Below are positions 1 to 9,536 of a stretch of 64,000 nt of DNA, in pieces. How positions within the stretch are numbered: position 1 is the first letter of the stretch; each line of letters opens with the position of its first letter. Below the pieces are notes generated by a model. That model made no database searches and was not told the DNA's origin. It worked only from the letters and a program-made list of their open reading frames with translations. The DNA is from an uncultured Candidatus Saccharibacteria bacterium (GTDB lineage: Bacteria > Patescibacteriota > Minisyncoccia > Phycocordibacterales > UBA2100): positions 4,480 through 68,479 of the forward strand of contig CAYGKV010000004.1 in assembly GCA_964350885.1 (NCBI GenBank). The letters run 5' to 3'. Both the position numbers and the translations under genes were made by a program.

Positions 1-542
1 AGAGAAATGGTTTTGATGATCGTCTTGCTTAGTAGATCGACAGTGTAAATCTTGCTTTTCTCTTGGGAAGCGACATAGGCAAGATCGCCATCGCTAGTAA
101 CAACGACGTGCGCGAGATGAGAGTCAATTTCAATGGGAAGTGACCCGATTACTGTGTCGCTCTGCGGATCAATGATAAAGATTTTATCAAACAAACCATC
201 CGACACGTCATCCTCTTTGGCTGGCTCATTTTCTCCCATCACGCCGCGATCAACATTGGCCGTAACAAGAACCATGCTCCCATCAGGCGCAACTTGAACA
301 TTATGGGTCGTATATTTTACAAATGTATTATCTTGAATCTCGGACAAATCAATCGATCTGATTAATTTTCTGCTCGCTGTGTCTATAACACCGACCCTTC
401 CCTCGGCTTCTATCGCAACGTAGACCTTCTCGGTATAGCCCTGCTTAGAATCGTTTGCATTTTGAAAGTTAAGAACCCATGCACCTATTATGAGTGGCGA
501 TAGTGCGAGTCCGATTGATGCGCTTAATATTATTTTGTTCAT
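1..542 (-). CDS. YVTN-type beta-propeller repeat protein, secreted; 5' part only (3' end runs off window)
   Basis: Reverse strand reads ATG at 540-542 then MNKIILSASIGLALSPLIIGAWVLN... with repeated V.D/YV.. propeller-like units. Not in the ORF track because truncated by the window edge. Confidence 0.55.
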   Translation of the reverse strand, partial: MNKIILSASIGLALSPLIIGAWVLNFQNANDSKQGYTEKVYVAIEAEGRVGVIDTASRKLIRSIDLSEIQDNTFVKYTTHNVQVAPDGSMVLVTANVDRGVMGENEPAKEDDVSDGLFDKIFIIDPQSDTVIGSLPIEIDSHLAHVVVTSDGDLAYVASQEKSKIYTVDLLSKTIIKTIS

Positions 543-563
543 ATATTTGAATACGGATATACG

Positions 564-2870
564 CTATAATTTTTTCACCTTTAAACGTAGTGAATTTCCG
601 ACTACTGACACGCTCGACATGGCCATGGCAAATCCGGCGAAAACAGGAGATAACAGCCAGCCAAAGATGGGGAAAAATAGTCCGCTCGCCAGAGGGATAC
701 CAACGATGTTATAGATGAATGCCCAGAATAGGTTCTGCTTGATTCCGCGCATTGTAAACTTGGAAAGACGAATTGCCTTTACCAACTTAGAAATATCCCC
801 GTGGAGTAGGGTGATTCCCGCGCTTTCAATAGCAACATCGGTTCCTGTGGCCATAGCGATACCTACATCAGCCTGGGCTAACGCCGGGGCATCATTGACG
901 CCGTCACCGGCCATGGCAACAATCTGACCTTTATTTTGCAATTCCGTGATTTTCGCCAGTTTATCGGCAGGCATCACTTCAGCCACGACTTCATCAATAC
1001 CGACCTGATCTGCGATGTAGCGAGCGGTATTTTTATTATCACCGGTGAGCATTACCACCTTGATTCCGAGTTTATGTAGATTCTTTACCGCCTCAATGGC
1101 TTCCGGTTTTATCGCATCCGCAACCATAAATACCCCGAGCAACTTTTCTTTTGTTGCAAGCAAAACAGGAGTCTTACCTTCAGTGGTTTCTTTTGTTATT
1201 GACTCCGTGTCGAAGCTGAGCCCTAGGTCTTGTATTAATTTTGTATTACCTGCGAAGTATTCAACACCACCAATGAATCCTTTCACCCCCTTGCCTTTTA
1301 TCGCTTCAAAATCGGTAACCGCAGGAAGATCAATCTTTTTTTCTTTGGCAGAGGAAACAATGGCGTGAGAGATCGGGTGTTCAGATTTATTTTCGAGTCC
1401 TGCCAATACCGAGATGATTTCATGCTCAGATTTTTCTGAAAGATTTTTTATAGATACCAACTCAGGCTTCCCGCGCGTGAGTGTGCCCGTTTTGTCGACT
1501 ACGACAGTAGTTACCTTGTGAAGTTTCTCCAGGGTGGCGGCATCTTTCACTAAAATTCCTTCACGAGCGCCCTTGCCTACTCCCACAATAATCGCTGTGG
1601 GTGTCGCAAGTCCCAGTGCGCATGGACACGCAATTACCAAAATTCCTACGAAAGAAACAAGTCCGTACGAAAGCGCCTGCGAAAAACCCAGATACGGCGT
1701 GCCGAAAAGGAGCCATGCATCAAGAGCAAGGACAGCCAAGACCAAAACTATCGGGACAAAAACGGACGAAATTTTGTCAGCCAACGCTTGAATGGGCGCC
1801 TTGCTTCCCTGAGCATCTTCAACCATCTTAATAATTTGAGCAAGCAAGGTCTCTGCTCCCACTTTTGTCGCTTTAAAAGTGAATACGCCTGAGGTGTTAA
1901 TGGTTCCAGCCACAACGGAGTCACCGGATTCTTTCTTCACCGGCATAGGTTCACCAGTCACCATGGATTCATCGACGAACGAAGACCCCTCGATCAGTAC
2001 GCCATCGACGGGGATTTTTCCGGCAGGCTTTACGACGATAATTTCACCATGAACAACCTGATCTATTGGAATCTCGATTTCTTTGCCATCTCTTACTACA
2101 AGCGCAGTCTTCGCCTGAAGGTTTAAAAGTTTTTCAATAGCATCACCTGTTTTTAGTTTTGATTTTGCTTCAAGATATTTGCCAAGCGCAATAAAGGTGA
2201 TAACCACGATCGTCACATCATAATAACTTTGTTCAACATTTAAATATGGGCGCAAAGACGTCTCAAATGCGGCAATAGTCAAACTATAGAGGTAGGCTGC
2301 GAGTGTTCCGATTCCGATCAGCGTATCCATGTTGGCTTTGCCGTAACGAAGGAACCGGTACACGCCTAAAAGGTAGGGTTTGCCTACTACAAAAAGCACG
2401 TACGTAGCGAGCGCCGGCAATATATGATGAAAAAATTCAGACCAAACGTATGGCATCGTCGAAATGATTTTAAATTGGGCAAGTATGTCCCAACCCATTA
2501 CGAAGGCGGCGAAGACGGCGATGGGAACAGCTGATAGAACTTTCCTTCGCATATCCGCTACTTCCGCCAACTTCTCTTTCTTTGACTGATTAAGACCTAA
2601 ATGCTCGGCGTGCTCACTTGGAGACATACCCATTTCTTCTGCACTAATCGGAACTTCTAGGGAGTATCCGAGTGGTTCAATATGTTTGGAAAGATCGTGA
2701 GGATTTGTTTTTGATGGATCAAAAGAAACCTTTGCTTTTTCTGTACCATAATTAACTTCCGCAGAATGCACGCCCTCCACATTCTTAAAAGTCTTCTCGA
2801 TTACCGAGGAGCACGAGGCGCAGTGCATTCCTTTGACTCTGTATGTTTGCCTCTGTATATTATCGAGCAT
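564..2870 (-). CDS. copA: copper-translocating P1B-type ATPase
   Basis: N-terminal HMA domain [12 protein letters not shown] (CxxC), transmembrane CPC motif ([10 protein letters not shown]), DKTGTLT phosphorylation site, [10 protein letters not shown] hinge; 768 aa. Confidence 0.95.
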   Translation of the reverse strand: MLDNIQRQTYRVKGMHCASCSSVIEKTFKNVEGVHSAEVNYGTEKAKVSFDPSKTNPHDLSKHIEPLGYSLEVPISAEEMGMSPSEHAEHLGLNQSKKEKLAEVADMRRKVLSAVPIAVFAAFVMGWDILAQFKIISTMPYVWSEFFHHILPALATYVLFVVGKPYLLGVYRFLRYGKANMDTLIGIGTLAAYLYSLTIAAFETSLRPYLNVEQSYYDVTIVVITFIALGKYLEAKSKLKTGDAIEKLLNLQAKTALVVRDGKEIEIPIDQVVHGEIIVVKPAGKIPVDGVLIEGSSFVDESMVTGEPMPVKKESGDSVVAGTINTSGVFTFKATKVGAETLLAQIIKMVEDAQGSKAPIQALADKISSVFVPIVLVLAVLALDAWLLFGTPYLGFSQALSYGLVSFVGILVIACPCALGLATPTAIIVGVGKGAREGILVKDAATLEKLHKVTTVVVDKTGTLTRGKPELVSIKNLSEKSEHEIISVLAGLENKSEHPISHAIVSSAKEKKIDLPAVTDFEAIKGKGVKGFIGGVEYFAGNTKLIQDLGLSFDTESITKETTEGKTPVLLATKEKLLGVFMVADAIKPEAIEAVKNLHKLGIKVVMLTGDNKNTARYIADQVGIDEVVAEVMPADKLAKITELQNKGQIVAMAGDGVNDAPALAQADVGIAMATGTDVAIESAGITLLHGDISKLVKAIRLSKFTMRGIKQNLFWAFIYNIVGIPLASGLFFPIFGWLLSPVFAGFAMAMSSVSVVGNSLRLKVKKL

Positions 2871-2871
2871 A

Positions 2872-3147
2872 TTATTTTCTCTTAAGCTTATACACCTTAA
2901 TAATCTCCGCCTTTGCCTTAGCGGTCTGTCCGGTTTTCATCTGGTGAAGGACACAATGACCAAGATGGCTTTCAAGAAGCAAATCCTCGACGTTAGAGAG
3001 CCCTTGCTTAACGGCTGATGTTTGGGTAATTACATCGATGCAATAGGTATCATTCTCAACCATCTTTTGAAGACCTCGCGCTTGTCCCTCAAGCAACTTG
3101 AGACGACGAAGCACTTTGGCTTTGTTTTTATCGTCCATGTATTTCAT
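2872..3147 (-). CDS. csoR: CsoR/RcnR-family metal-sensing transcriptional repressor
   Basis: 91 aa with Cys...His...Cys arrangement (YCIDV...HLGHCVLH) typical of DUF156/CsoR; immediately upstream of copA on the same strand. Confidence 0.8.
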   Translation of the reverse strand: MKYMDDKNKAKVLRRLKLLEGQARGLQKMVENDTYCIDVITQTSAVKQGLSNVEDLLLESHLGHCVLHQMKTGQTAKAKAEIIKVYKLKRK

Positions 3148-3154
3148 ACACGCC

Positions 3155-3178
3155 AGTATACCCCCTAGGGGGTATACT
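3155..3178. promoter_or_regulatory. perfect 24-bp palindrome AGTATACCCCCTAGGGGGTATACT; candidate CsoR operator in csoR-copA promoter
   Basis: Self-complementary over all 24 nt, 8 nt upstream of the csoR start codon. CsoR operators in Bacillus and Mycobacterium are GC-core palindromes with TACCC/GGGTA arms. Confidence 0.55.
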
Positions 3179-3256
3179 AGTCAAACCGACCTGTGAAGAA
3201 ATGCGCCCAACGGAAAAGCCGCCTACTCGGGCAGACCTCCTGTTTGGAGTTATGGG

Positions 3257-3919
3257 TTAGTTGTTTCTTCCTTTGCCGCCGCCCGATGGGGTTCGCGAGA
3301 AGTAGGCCACGAGACCATCGTACATAGCCTGCGCTTCTGCCTGTACATGCGCCTGCCCGTTCAGGAAGTCACACGCCTCGCTTTCCTTGGTAATAAAGAA
3401 TGACTCTGTAAGCACGCCCGGCAAGGAGCCATATACGGTCATGCCATAGCCATCATTTTTAATTCCTTTGTCAATGAGGTCGAGAGCAAACACTATCTTG
3501 GGGTGAATGTAGCTCGCAAACTCTTTATCGTTTTTCTGAGTTACAAAACTCTGGGTGTAATTCGCGCCTGTGTTTGTAGATCCATTGTGGTGAATCGAGA
3601 TAAGAACGTCTGAGTTGGCGTTCTCTGCATCGGCAACGCGATCGCTGCGAGATGCGAGTTGTGCGACCTCGTAGGCAGTACCCTCACCAGCCGCCACATC
3701 AATTTTTTCTTTGAGAAGCGTACGGACGGCAAGATTTACGTCTGCTTCTTGGACGGCAACGCCGTTACAATATCCAGTCGCCCCACCCCCTTCTGTACCC
3801 CCATGACCTGCATCAAGTGCAATAATTTTCCCTGCTAGAGGCGAAACTTCTGCAACAGCAAGAGTAGGTAATGCAATGAAACTAAGTATGAGAGCGGGGA
3901 CAAGAATTAAGTTTTTCAT
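3257..3919 (-). CDS. N-acetylmuramoyl-L-alanine amidase (Amidase_3 family), secreted
   Basis: Signal peptide, then LDAGHGG and ISIHHNG motifs characteristic of AmiC/CwlD-type zinc amidases. Confidence 0.75.
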   Translation of the reverse strand: MKNLILVPALILSFIALPTLAVAEVSPLAGKIIALDAGHGGTEGGGATGYCNGVAVQEADVNLAVRTLLKEKIDVAAGEGTAYEVAQLASRSDRVADAENANSDVLISIHHNGSTNTGANYTQSFVTQKNDKEFASYIHPKIVFALDLIDKGIKNDGYGMTVYGSLPGVLTESFFITKESEACDFLNGQAHVQAEAQAMYDGLVAYFSRTPSGGGKGRNN

Positions 3920-3921
3920 AT

Positions 3922-4572
3922 TTATTGTTGTGGTTTACCAGCACTTTCCGGCTTGTTATCTGTCGATTGACCTCTATCTGCTCCGGTAGTGGTAACTTCT
4001 GAATCTGGGTTTTCAGGAACATTCCCATTTTGAGCTCCGGTCTCTTTTACTCCTCCTACTGCTTCAAGCGCTGTATCGTGTCCTTTCTGGCTTCTCTCCA
4101 TAGCATTCTGAATAACCTCCTTTGCCTGCTCAGGAACTTTCGCTAACACTTCAGCGAGAACTGTTTGGTGCTTACTGGTTGCATCGGCAATCTTTTGGAG
4201 CACTGCGTCCGTATCCTTGCCATCTGCTTTTGCTTTCTCAGCTTTCTCCATCGCCATAACAAGCTTCTCTTCATATTTCTTTGTAGTCTCTACTGCTTTG
4301 TCTGGCTTATCAGTATCGGAAAGTTCGCGAGCTTCTGCGAGACGCTCTGATGCTTGGCTCAGGTATCGTTCTGCTTTTGAGACATCGTTGAAAGTAAAGA
4401 AATTGCCGACACCCTCTGACATCACATCAAGGACGTAAAGGGGGTTGCCGGGGACAAGGCCCGCCTGTGGTTCGTTGTCGGTCTGTGCACTTGCGGTACC
4501 CGCAACGAGGAGTAGTGCAAGGACAGGGATAATTAGTATTTTTTTCATATTGTATTTAGTTATTTGATCCAA
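3922..4572 (-). CDS. secreted hypothetical protein (DUF5667-like helical domain, acidic C-terminus)
   Basis: Signal peptide MKKILIIPVLALLLVAGTASA; PGNPLYVLD and ERLAEARE helical region; no catalytic motif recognised. Confidence 0.45.
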   Translation of the reverse strand: MDQITKYNMKKILIIPVLALLLVAGTASAQTDNEPQAGLVPGNPLYVLDVMSEGVGNFFTFNDVSKAERYLSQASERLAEARELSDTDKPDKAVETTKKYEEKLVMAMEKAEKAKADGKDTDAVLQKIADATSKHQTVLAEVLAKVPEQAKEVIQNAMERSQKGHDTALEAVGGVKETGAQNGNVPENPDSEVTTTGADRGQSTDNKPESAGKPQQ

Positions 4573-5381
4573 GTTACGTGAGTAATAAGTACCTGACCAT
4601 TTCCCAGATCACGCTCAAAAAGCGAGTCTTTCCCATTAGCGTCTTTTTTGATTGCCTTACCCCACGAAGATGGGTTGTTGAGATCGATGTTTGCTCCAAC
4701 ATTAGCAGGTTTTTTACCTTTGCCATTTCCACCCGGAGTACTCCCTCCACCATCAGTAGAGTTTAGATGTGCGTATATTTCAGTCATTTGGTCAAGATCG
4801 TGCTGATTCGGCTTTTGATTATCAAGCTGACCCAAAATAGTTCCATCTGGATCAGATGTGTAGTCCATGCAAGTTCCTAGGTTTGCATTGTCGAAGTTTT
4901 CATCTTGATGATCAAGACCAAAGGTATGTCCGACTTCCTGACACATAACCATCTGTCGCCATGCAGATGTATTGTATGGAGCTGTATTGAAATATGTATC
5001 ATTCAATTTCACTACACCTTGTGTGATGTGGTTATCTTTTCCTCGTGTTACCCAAATCGATGCAATTCCAAGCCAGCCAGTATTTCCATAGGCTCCGTTA
5101 CAAACCTCCACGCGACCACTTGTTGGATCACAGTTGCCATTACTTGCCCCTGCAACTACTTGATTCTTTAATACTGAAAGATTCCAATCGACTGATGAAA
5201 TACCTAGACTCGTATTCCATGATGAGAGGAAGAGGTTATTTCCAAGCTTGAGCGGACTAGCAATTGATTGATCAGTTGAAATGTCCCAGTGGTATTTGCC
5301 CCACGCATGATTTGCACTTGCGGTACCTGCAACAAAAAGCAGAGCAAAGACGGGTAGTATAAAAAGTAATTTTTTTGTCAT
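4560..5381 (-). CDS. secreted metzincin/snapalysin-like putative zinc metalloprotease with non-canonical motif
   Basis: Signal peptide; motif CQEVGHTFGLDHQDE resembles snapalysin HExxHxxGxxDH, but the first His is Gln. Confidence 0.4.
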   Translation of the reverse strand: MTKKLLFILPVFALLFVAGTASANHAWGKYHWDISTDQSIASPLKLGNNLFLSSWNTSLGISSVDWNLSVLKNQVVAGASNGNCDPTSGRVEVCNGAYGNTGWLGIASIWVTRGKDNHITQGVVKLNDTYFNTAPYNTSAWRQMVMCQEVGHTFGLDHQDENFDNANLGTCMDYTSDPDGTILGQLDNQKPNQHDLDQMTEIYAHLNSTDGGGSTPGGNGKGKKPANVGANIDLNNPSSWGKAIKKDANGKDSLFERDLGNGQVLITHVTWIK

Positions 5382-5429
5382 ATATTTTATATTAAAACTA
5401 ATAAATATCTGCGATATTCGATATATGAA

Positions 5430-6485
5430 TTATACCACTTTCAACACAAAACCACCCCATAGTGTACGCGTCCACCACATTTGGCACTCCTCGACTGATA
5501 ATGTCTTCACATAATACCGCAGAGGAGCGAGCATGCCGAGCGACTCATGCGGACGCTCGGTGTTGTACCACAGGAGCCAGTCAATCATCGTCTCGTTGAA
5601 TTGGAGGACATTGTCTCGGAGAAGCGGTAAGTGATGCTGGATGAAGTCTTCAGAGAGCGTCCGGTTGAACCTCTCGACGGTACCATTCATCTTGGGACAC
5701 CGCGGGTAGGTGTGGTAGTGGCGAATCTTGAGCTTGAGACACGCATCATGGAAGAGGTGGGCAAACTCGGATCCATTGTCGGTCTGTATCTCACGAATCG
5801 GGAACGGAGCGACCTCGATGAGCTTCGTGAGAAAGTCTGTGGCAGTCTCGGATGAATGTCTCGTGTACGCACCACCGAAGGCAAACCGATCTTCGAGGTT
5901 GATGGCGGTGTAGATGTAACGTTTGGTTGACCCAATGAACCGAACGACGGTGTCGATCTCGAGACCTCTCTTGTTCTGCTTGGGACGGCGTACTTTCTTG
6001 ATGATTCGTCTCGTTCGTTCGTGCATTCTCCCGGTGCCGCCTTGCACGGATACCTTCAGGTGCTTCGGAAGCAGTCCTCGCTTCTTGAGATCAGAGAGAT
6101 ACCGTCCTGCTTTGGATTCTGATATGTGGCACAGGGATGCAATCTTTTTCTTCCCCAGACGGTGATGGTTCCTCCGAAGGTCAACGATGGTTGCTTCAAG
6201 TCCTGGAGTGATACGACGCACGTTGCGCTTCTTTGGTGCGGTACTTCTCTTGTCGAGACCGTTCAGCTTTCCGGCTTCCTTTCGCAGTGCTTCCTGCCAG
6301 CGGTACAGGGTCCGCCTTGAAACTCTGAAGGCTTCCTCCGCTGCGTCATTTCCGTGCTTCTCCCAAAAGATGAGTGTCCGTAGTCTTTTTTCCGCTTCAG
6401 CTTGGTAATGAATTCCAAGAATCAGTACTTGGACAGAAGTCTGCAAAGGTAAAAGTGCGAGAAGTGGACATAAGGAACTATGCAA
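5430..6485 (-). CDS. IS481-family-like transposase (HTH + rve integrase core, DDE)
   Basis: N-terminal HTH (FRVSRRTLYRWQEAL); integrase core with IQTDNGSEF and downstream conserved Glu region (WYNTERPHESLG). Single ~350-aa ORF typical of IS481. Confidence 0.8.
   Translation of the reverse strand: MHSSLCPLLALLPLQTSVQVLILGIHYQAEAEKRLRTLIFWEKHGNDAAEEAFRVSRRTLYRWQEALRKEAGKLNGLDKRSTAPKKRNVRRITPGLEATIVDLRRNHHRLGKKKIASLCHISESKAGRYLSDLKKRGLLPKHLKVSVQGGTGRMHERTRRIIKKVRRPKQNKRGLEIDTVVRFIGSTKRYIYTAINLEDRFAFGGAYTRHSSETATDFLTKLIEVAPFPIREIQTDNGSEFAHLFHDACLKLKIRHYHTYPRCPKMNGTVERFNRTLSEDFIQHHLPLLRDNVLQFNETMIDWLLWYNTERPHESLGMLAPLRYYVKTLSVEECQMWWTRTLWGGFVLKVV
5430..6485 (-). mobile_element. IS481-like insertion sequence inside copper island (true ends not resolved)
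   Basis: Transposase CDS only; I could not find convincing terminal inverted repeats in 5382-5429 or 6486-6640, so element boundaries are unknown. Confidence 0.5.
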
Positions 6486-6641
6486 AGCACATCCTTCGAA
6501 AGCGACCTATATACGAGAAGCGAGAGTTACTGAGCCACCTGCGAAGTAGGCTATTTTTGAAGGACAAAAAAGTAACGACGGGGTAACAGAAAAACACCCA
6601 TTTCTGGGAGATTTTTCTGCATAATACCAGCGTGCATTTTG

Positions 6642-6896
6642 TTATACCCCCAAGTCCTTTTTCTTCTCCTCAAATTCTTTTTTATCAATCTCGCCTTTTG
6701 CGTAGCGTTCTTTCAGGATTTCAAGCGGAGATTTGCCTTTTCCGTGCGTGGCATCAGCATGATCGTATCCACATCCGTGACCATTTCCAGAACCGCCTCT
6801 GACTAAGGCAACAATCGCCCAGATTACGAGACCCCAAAAGACGACCATAAATATCCAACCGAATCCGCCCATAGCTCCAAATCCAAAGTTCATCAT
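6642..6896 (-). CDS. SHOCT-domain small membrane protein with His/Cys-rich segment
   Basis: TM helices then GHGCGYDHADATHGKG and C-terminal LKERYAKGEIDKKEFEEKKKDL (SHOCT signature). Confidence 0.6.
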   Translation of the reverse strand: MMNFGFGAMGGFGWIFMVVFWGLVIWAIVALVRGGSGNGHGCGYDHADATHGKGKSPLEILKERYAKGEIDKKEFEEKKKDLGV

Positions 6897-6923
6897 AGAA
6901 TTGTTTGATTAAATTAGTAACAA

Positions 6924-8513
6924 CTATTCTTCAACCGTGAATGGAAAGACCATACCAGCTTCAATGTGCTCAAGAATATGACAATGAGCCACCCACACTC
7001 CCGGATTTGACATATCGACCAAAATATCCAGATATTCTCCTGCTGGTACATTGACCGTGTCTTTCCACACTAAATTGGTCTGTAATACACCGTTTTTATT
7101 CAGCACCAAGAAACGCTGGCCATGAAAATGTATGGGATGTTGCATGGGGTGCGCGGAGTTGCCGTCGTTGGTAATTCGTATTTTAACCTTTTCCCCAACC
7201 TTAAACTTCCAGCTAATATCCATGTTTGCTTTGCCGGAGTCCTGATCGATTATCTTCCACGTCACCATGTCTGTGTTTGACATCGCGTTCATTCCCGCGT
7301 TGTCCGAATCATCCCACTCAATCCCGCCTTTCGGTACGCCGCCCATCATTTGGCCTCCGCCCATACCGGACGGCATCCCATGAGTGCCGTTACCCATCAT
7401 GCCCGTGTTGCCACCCATCATATCAAGTGAGAGTTTTATGCGCTTGTCAGTTTCTTTGGCGAAAAATGGACGAAAAGGATCAATGATTTTTATGGCCTCG
7501 ACGTTATCGCGGAGGGTCTTAAATATATCCGCGTTAGAGGAAACAAGTGATTCATCTGAAACGACAATTTTTCCAAGATGTGTTGTTGTATCGGGAGTCC
7601 TGTTTTGGATTTCGTATTTACCCGGTGTGTCAAAGCGCATTTCAATGACTGCGCGTTCGGAAGGAGTTATGAGTACCGTATCTTTCCATTCCTCACGCTC
7701 ATATGCGCCGTTATCACCGCCGACAAGCTTCAACTTCGCTCCCTTGATGGCAAGATTAAACGGCCGGACGCTCGCGCTGTTAGTGAAGTAGAAACGAATC
7801 ACCTCGCCTTTCTTGACCGAGAGAGTGTATTCGGTCTCGCCGTTTACGAGCATCGTATTTCCAAATCGTCCCATGAGCGCACGATCCGAACCGTCTTTGT
7901 AGAAGGGTGCGATTTTCCCGTTCTCAATTAAAATATCATCCAGGAAAACGGCAACTTCACGGTCAACCGTGTTCCAATAGGTTGGGCTTTCTGAAGTTAC
8001 CAAGAAATTTCCATAGAGACCGAGCTCAATGGCGTAGTCATCGCGCATATGCGGGTGATACCAATACACACCAGTGTCAGGGAATGTGAGTGTGTAGGTA
8101 AACGATTCGCCGGGCTGAACCGCCTTTTGCGTTACATCGGGAACGCCATCAAAGGCATTCCCCATACGCACGCCATGCGAATGAATAGTATTCTCCACAT
8201 CCGTATCGTTTTTGAAATTAACGGTCACCGTGGCTCCTTGGGGGATTCTCAATGTCGGTCCCGGGATAGAGCCGTTGTAGGCGAGCATTCGTACTTGGTT
8301 CCCATTGATATTCTTCTTTATAAAACTCGCCGTGAGGTCAAAAGTGTCTCCGTCTTTGAGTTCTATTACCTGCGTTTTCTCGGCAGACGGCAACCCTTTA
8401 ATACTTGTCGAAAATGTCTGACCAGAAACAATGCCGTTATTTGATACAAAAATACCTCCGACAATTGCTACTGCTATTGCGAGTACACCAATAAGTAATG
8501 GTTTATTTTTCAT
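6924..8513 (-). CDS. multicopper oxidase (CueO/PcoA-like) with Met-rich segment
   Basis: Copper-site motifs HSHG, HPIHFHG, HCHILEH; Met/Gly-rich insert MMGGNTGMMGNGTHGMPSGMGGGQMMGG typical of copper-resistance MCOs; signal/TM N-terminus. Confidence 0.9.
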   Translation of the reverse strand: MKNKPLLIGVLAIAVAIVGGIFVSNNGIVSGQTFSTSIKGLPSAEKTQVIELKDGDTFDLTASFIKKNINGNQVRMLAYNGSIPGPTLRIPQGATVTVNFKNDTDVENTIHSHGVRMGNAFDGVPDVTQKAVQPGESFTYTLTFPDTGVYWYHPHMRDDYAIELGLYGNFLVTSESPTYWNTVDREVAVFLDDILIENGKIAPFYKDGSDRALMGRFGNTMLVNGETEYTLSVKKGEVIRFYFTNSASVRPFNLAIKGAKLKLVGGDNGAYEREEWKDTVLITPSERAVIEMRFDTPGKYEIQNRTPDTTTHLGKIVVSDESLVSSNADIFKTLRDNVEAIKIIDPFRPFFAKETDKRIKLSLDMMGGNTGMMGNGTHGMPSGMGGGQMMGGVPKGGIEWDDSDNAGMNAMSNTDMVTWKIIDQDSGKANMDISWKFKVGEKVKIRITNDGNSAHPMQHPIHFHGQRFLVLNKNGVLQTNLVWKDTVNVPAGEYLDILVDMSNPGVWVAHCHILEHIEAGMVFPFTVEE

Positions 8514-8516
8514 AGG

Positions 8517-8900
8517 TTATTTTGCGTTATTGATAATGGTTTGAATGATTTGATCGACCTCTTTTGGCCTTTCGCCCAAATCGGCTTGCGGGAAAAACTG
8601 CGGCAGAATAATCGGGCGCATGCCGGAAATAACCGTCTGCCCATCTTTCGTATAGACGTTTATCTTGCACGGTAGGCAAAGACCGATCTTGACATCAATA
8701 TTCAAAAACTCATTGGCAAACTTTGCGTTGCAAAACTCCACAATTTTAAAAGGCTCTCGCTCAAAACCTTTCTCGGCTAACGTTGCTTGGACATCATGAA
8801 TATACAAAACCCGCATACCGGCTTTGGCAATTTCTTCTTGCACGCTTAAAACCGCCTCGTCAAAAACTTTTGTTGTAGTTGTAGTGTAATCGAATTCCAT
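8517..8900 (-). CDS. DUF302 family protein
   Basis: 127 aa; DUF302-like sequence (VLYIHDVQATLAEKGF..., CLPCKI), commonly found in metal-resistance clusters. Confidence 0.55.
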   Translation of the reverse strand: MEFDYTTTTTKVFDEAVLSVQEEIAKAGMRVLYIHDVQATLAEKGFEREPFKIVEFCNAKFANEFLNIDVKIGLCLPCKINVYTKDGQTVISGMRPIILPQFFPQADLGERPKEVDQIIQTIINNAK

Positions 8901-8932
8901 AAATGTTACTTGGTTTTATTTAAGTTAATTGG

Positions 8933-9154
8933 TTAAACAATCTCTCCTTTCTTCTCTAGTATCATATGGTGAATTGTCGCAACCTGAAGCCAGATTGCAA
9001 TGAGAATAAGGATTCCGGCACAGAGCAGGGCGTCCACTTTCGTAACTCCGAACACAGGGTTGTCTGCTCCGCTAACGATAGCTGTGGCAAAAGAAACCAC
9101 TCCGGTTAGACCTACGATGACGCTCGCAACATGCATTAATTTTGATAGCTTCAT
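8933..9154 (-). CDS. small two-TM membrane protein, hypothetical
   Basis: 73 aa, two hydrophobic helices; tightly packed between csoR-like and DUF302 genes. Confidence 0.4.
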   Translation of the reverse strand: MKLSKLMHVASVIVGLTGVVSFATAIVSGADNPVFGVTKVDALLCAGILILIAIWLQVATIHHMILEKKGEIV

Positions 9155-9165
9155 ATGTTTAAGTT

Positions 9166-9438
9166 TTATTTGTTGGATAAATTATAGATTCTGATTAATT
9201 CTTTGACCGCCTTCTCGTCCTCGCCCTTACTCTGCATTTGATGTTTTACATGGGAACGAAGATGGTTTTCCAAGAGAAAACTGTCGAGACTTTTGAGCGA
9301 CTTTTGGATAGAGAGAGATTGCTCCAGCAGAGTGGGGCAATATTCCTCTTTCTCAATAGCTTTAATAAGTCCATCAAATTGACCTTTGAGGATCTTCGCT
9401 CTATGAAGAGCGCGGTTTTTTAATTTTTGATCAACCAT
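9166..9438 (-). CDS. second CsoR/RcnR-family metalloregulator
   Basis: 90 aa, YCPTL...HLRSHVKHQ pattern (Cys/His ligands), paralogous to 2872..3147; heads the MCO operon. Confidence 0.7.
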   Translation of the reverse strand: MVDQKLKNRALHRAKILKGQFDGLIKAIEKEEYCPTLLEQSLSIQKSLKSLDSFLLENHLRSHVKHQMQSKGEDEKAVKELIRIYNLSNK

Positions 9439-9536
9439 AGTTTTCGGGTAGCTAATAATAAATATTAACCTACCTATATAGGATATACCCCCACCCCCTA
9501 TAAGTCAACGAGCTATTGTAGGTAACTACTAACTTA

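Noticed and set aside
5382-6640. Terminal inverted repeats of the IS
   Set aside because: Left-flank TGTGTTGAAAGTGG (reverse strand) has no convincing partner in the right flank; boundaries left undefined rather than guessed.
9439-9536. A second perfect CsoR-type palindrome upstream of csoR2
   Set aside because: Only a half-site (GGGGGTATA) plus an unrelated 10-bp palindrome is present. Reported as a related motif, not as a confirmed operator.
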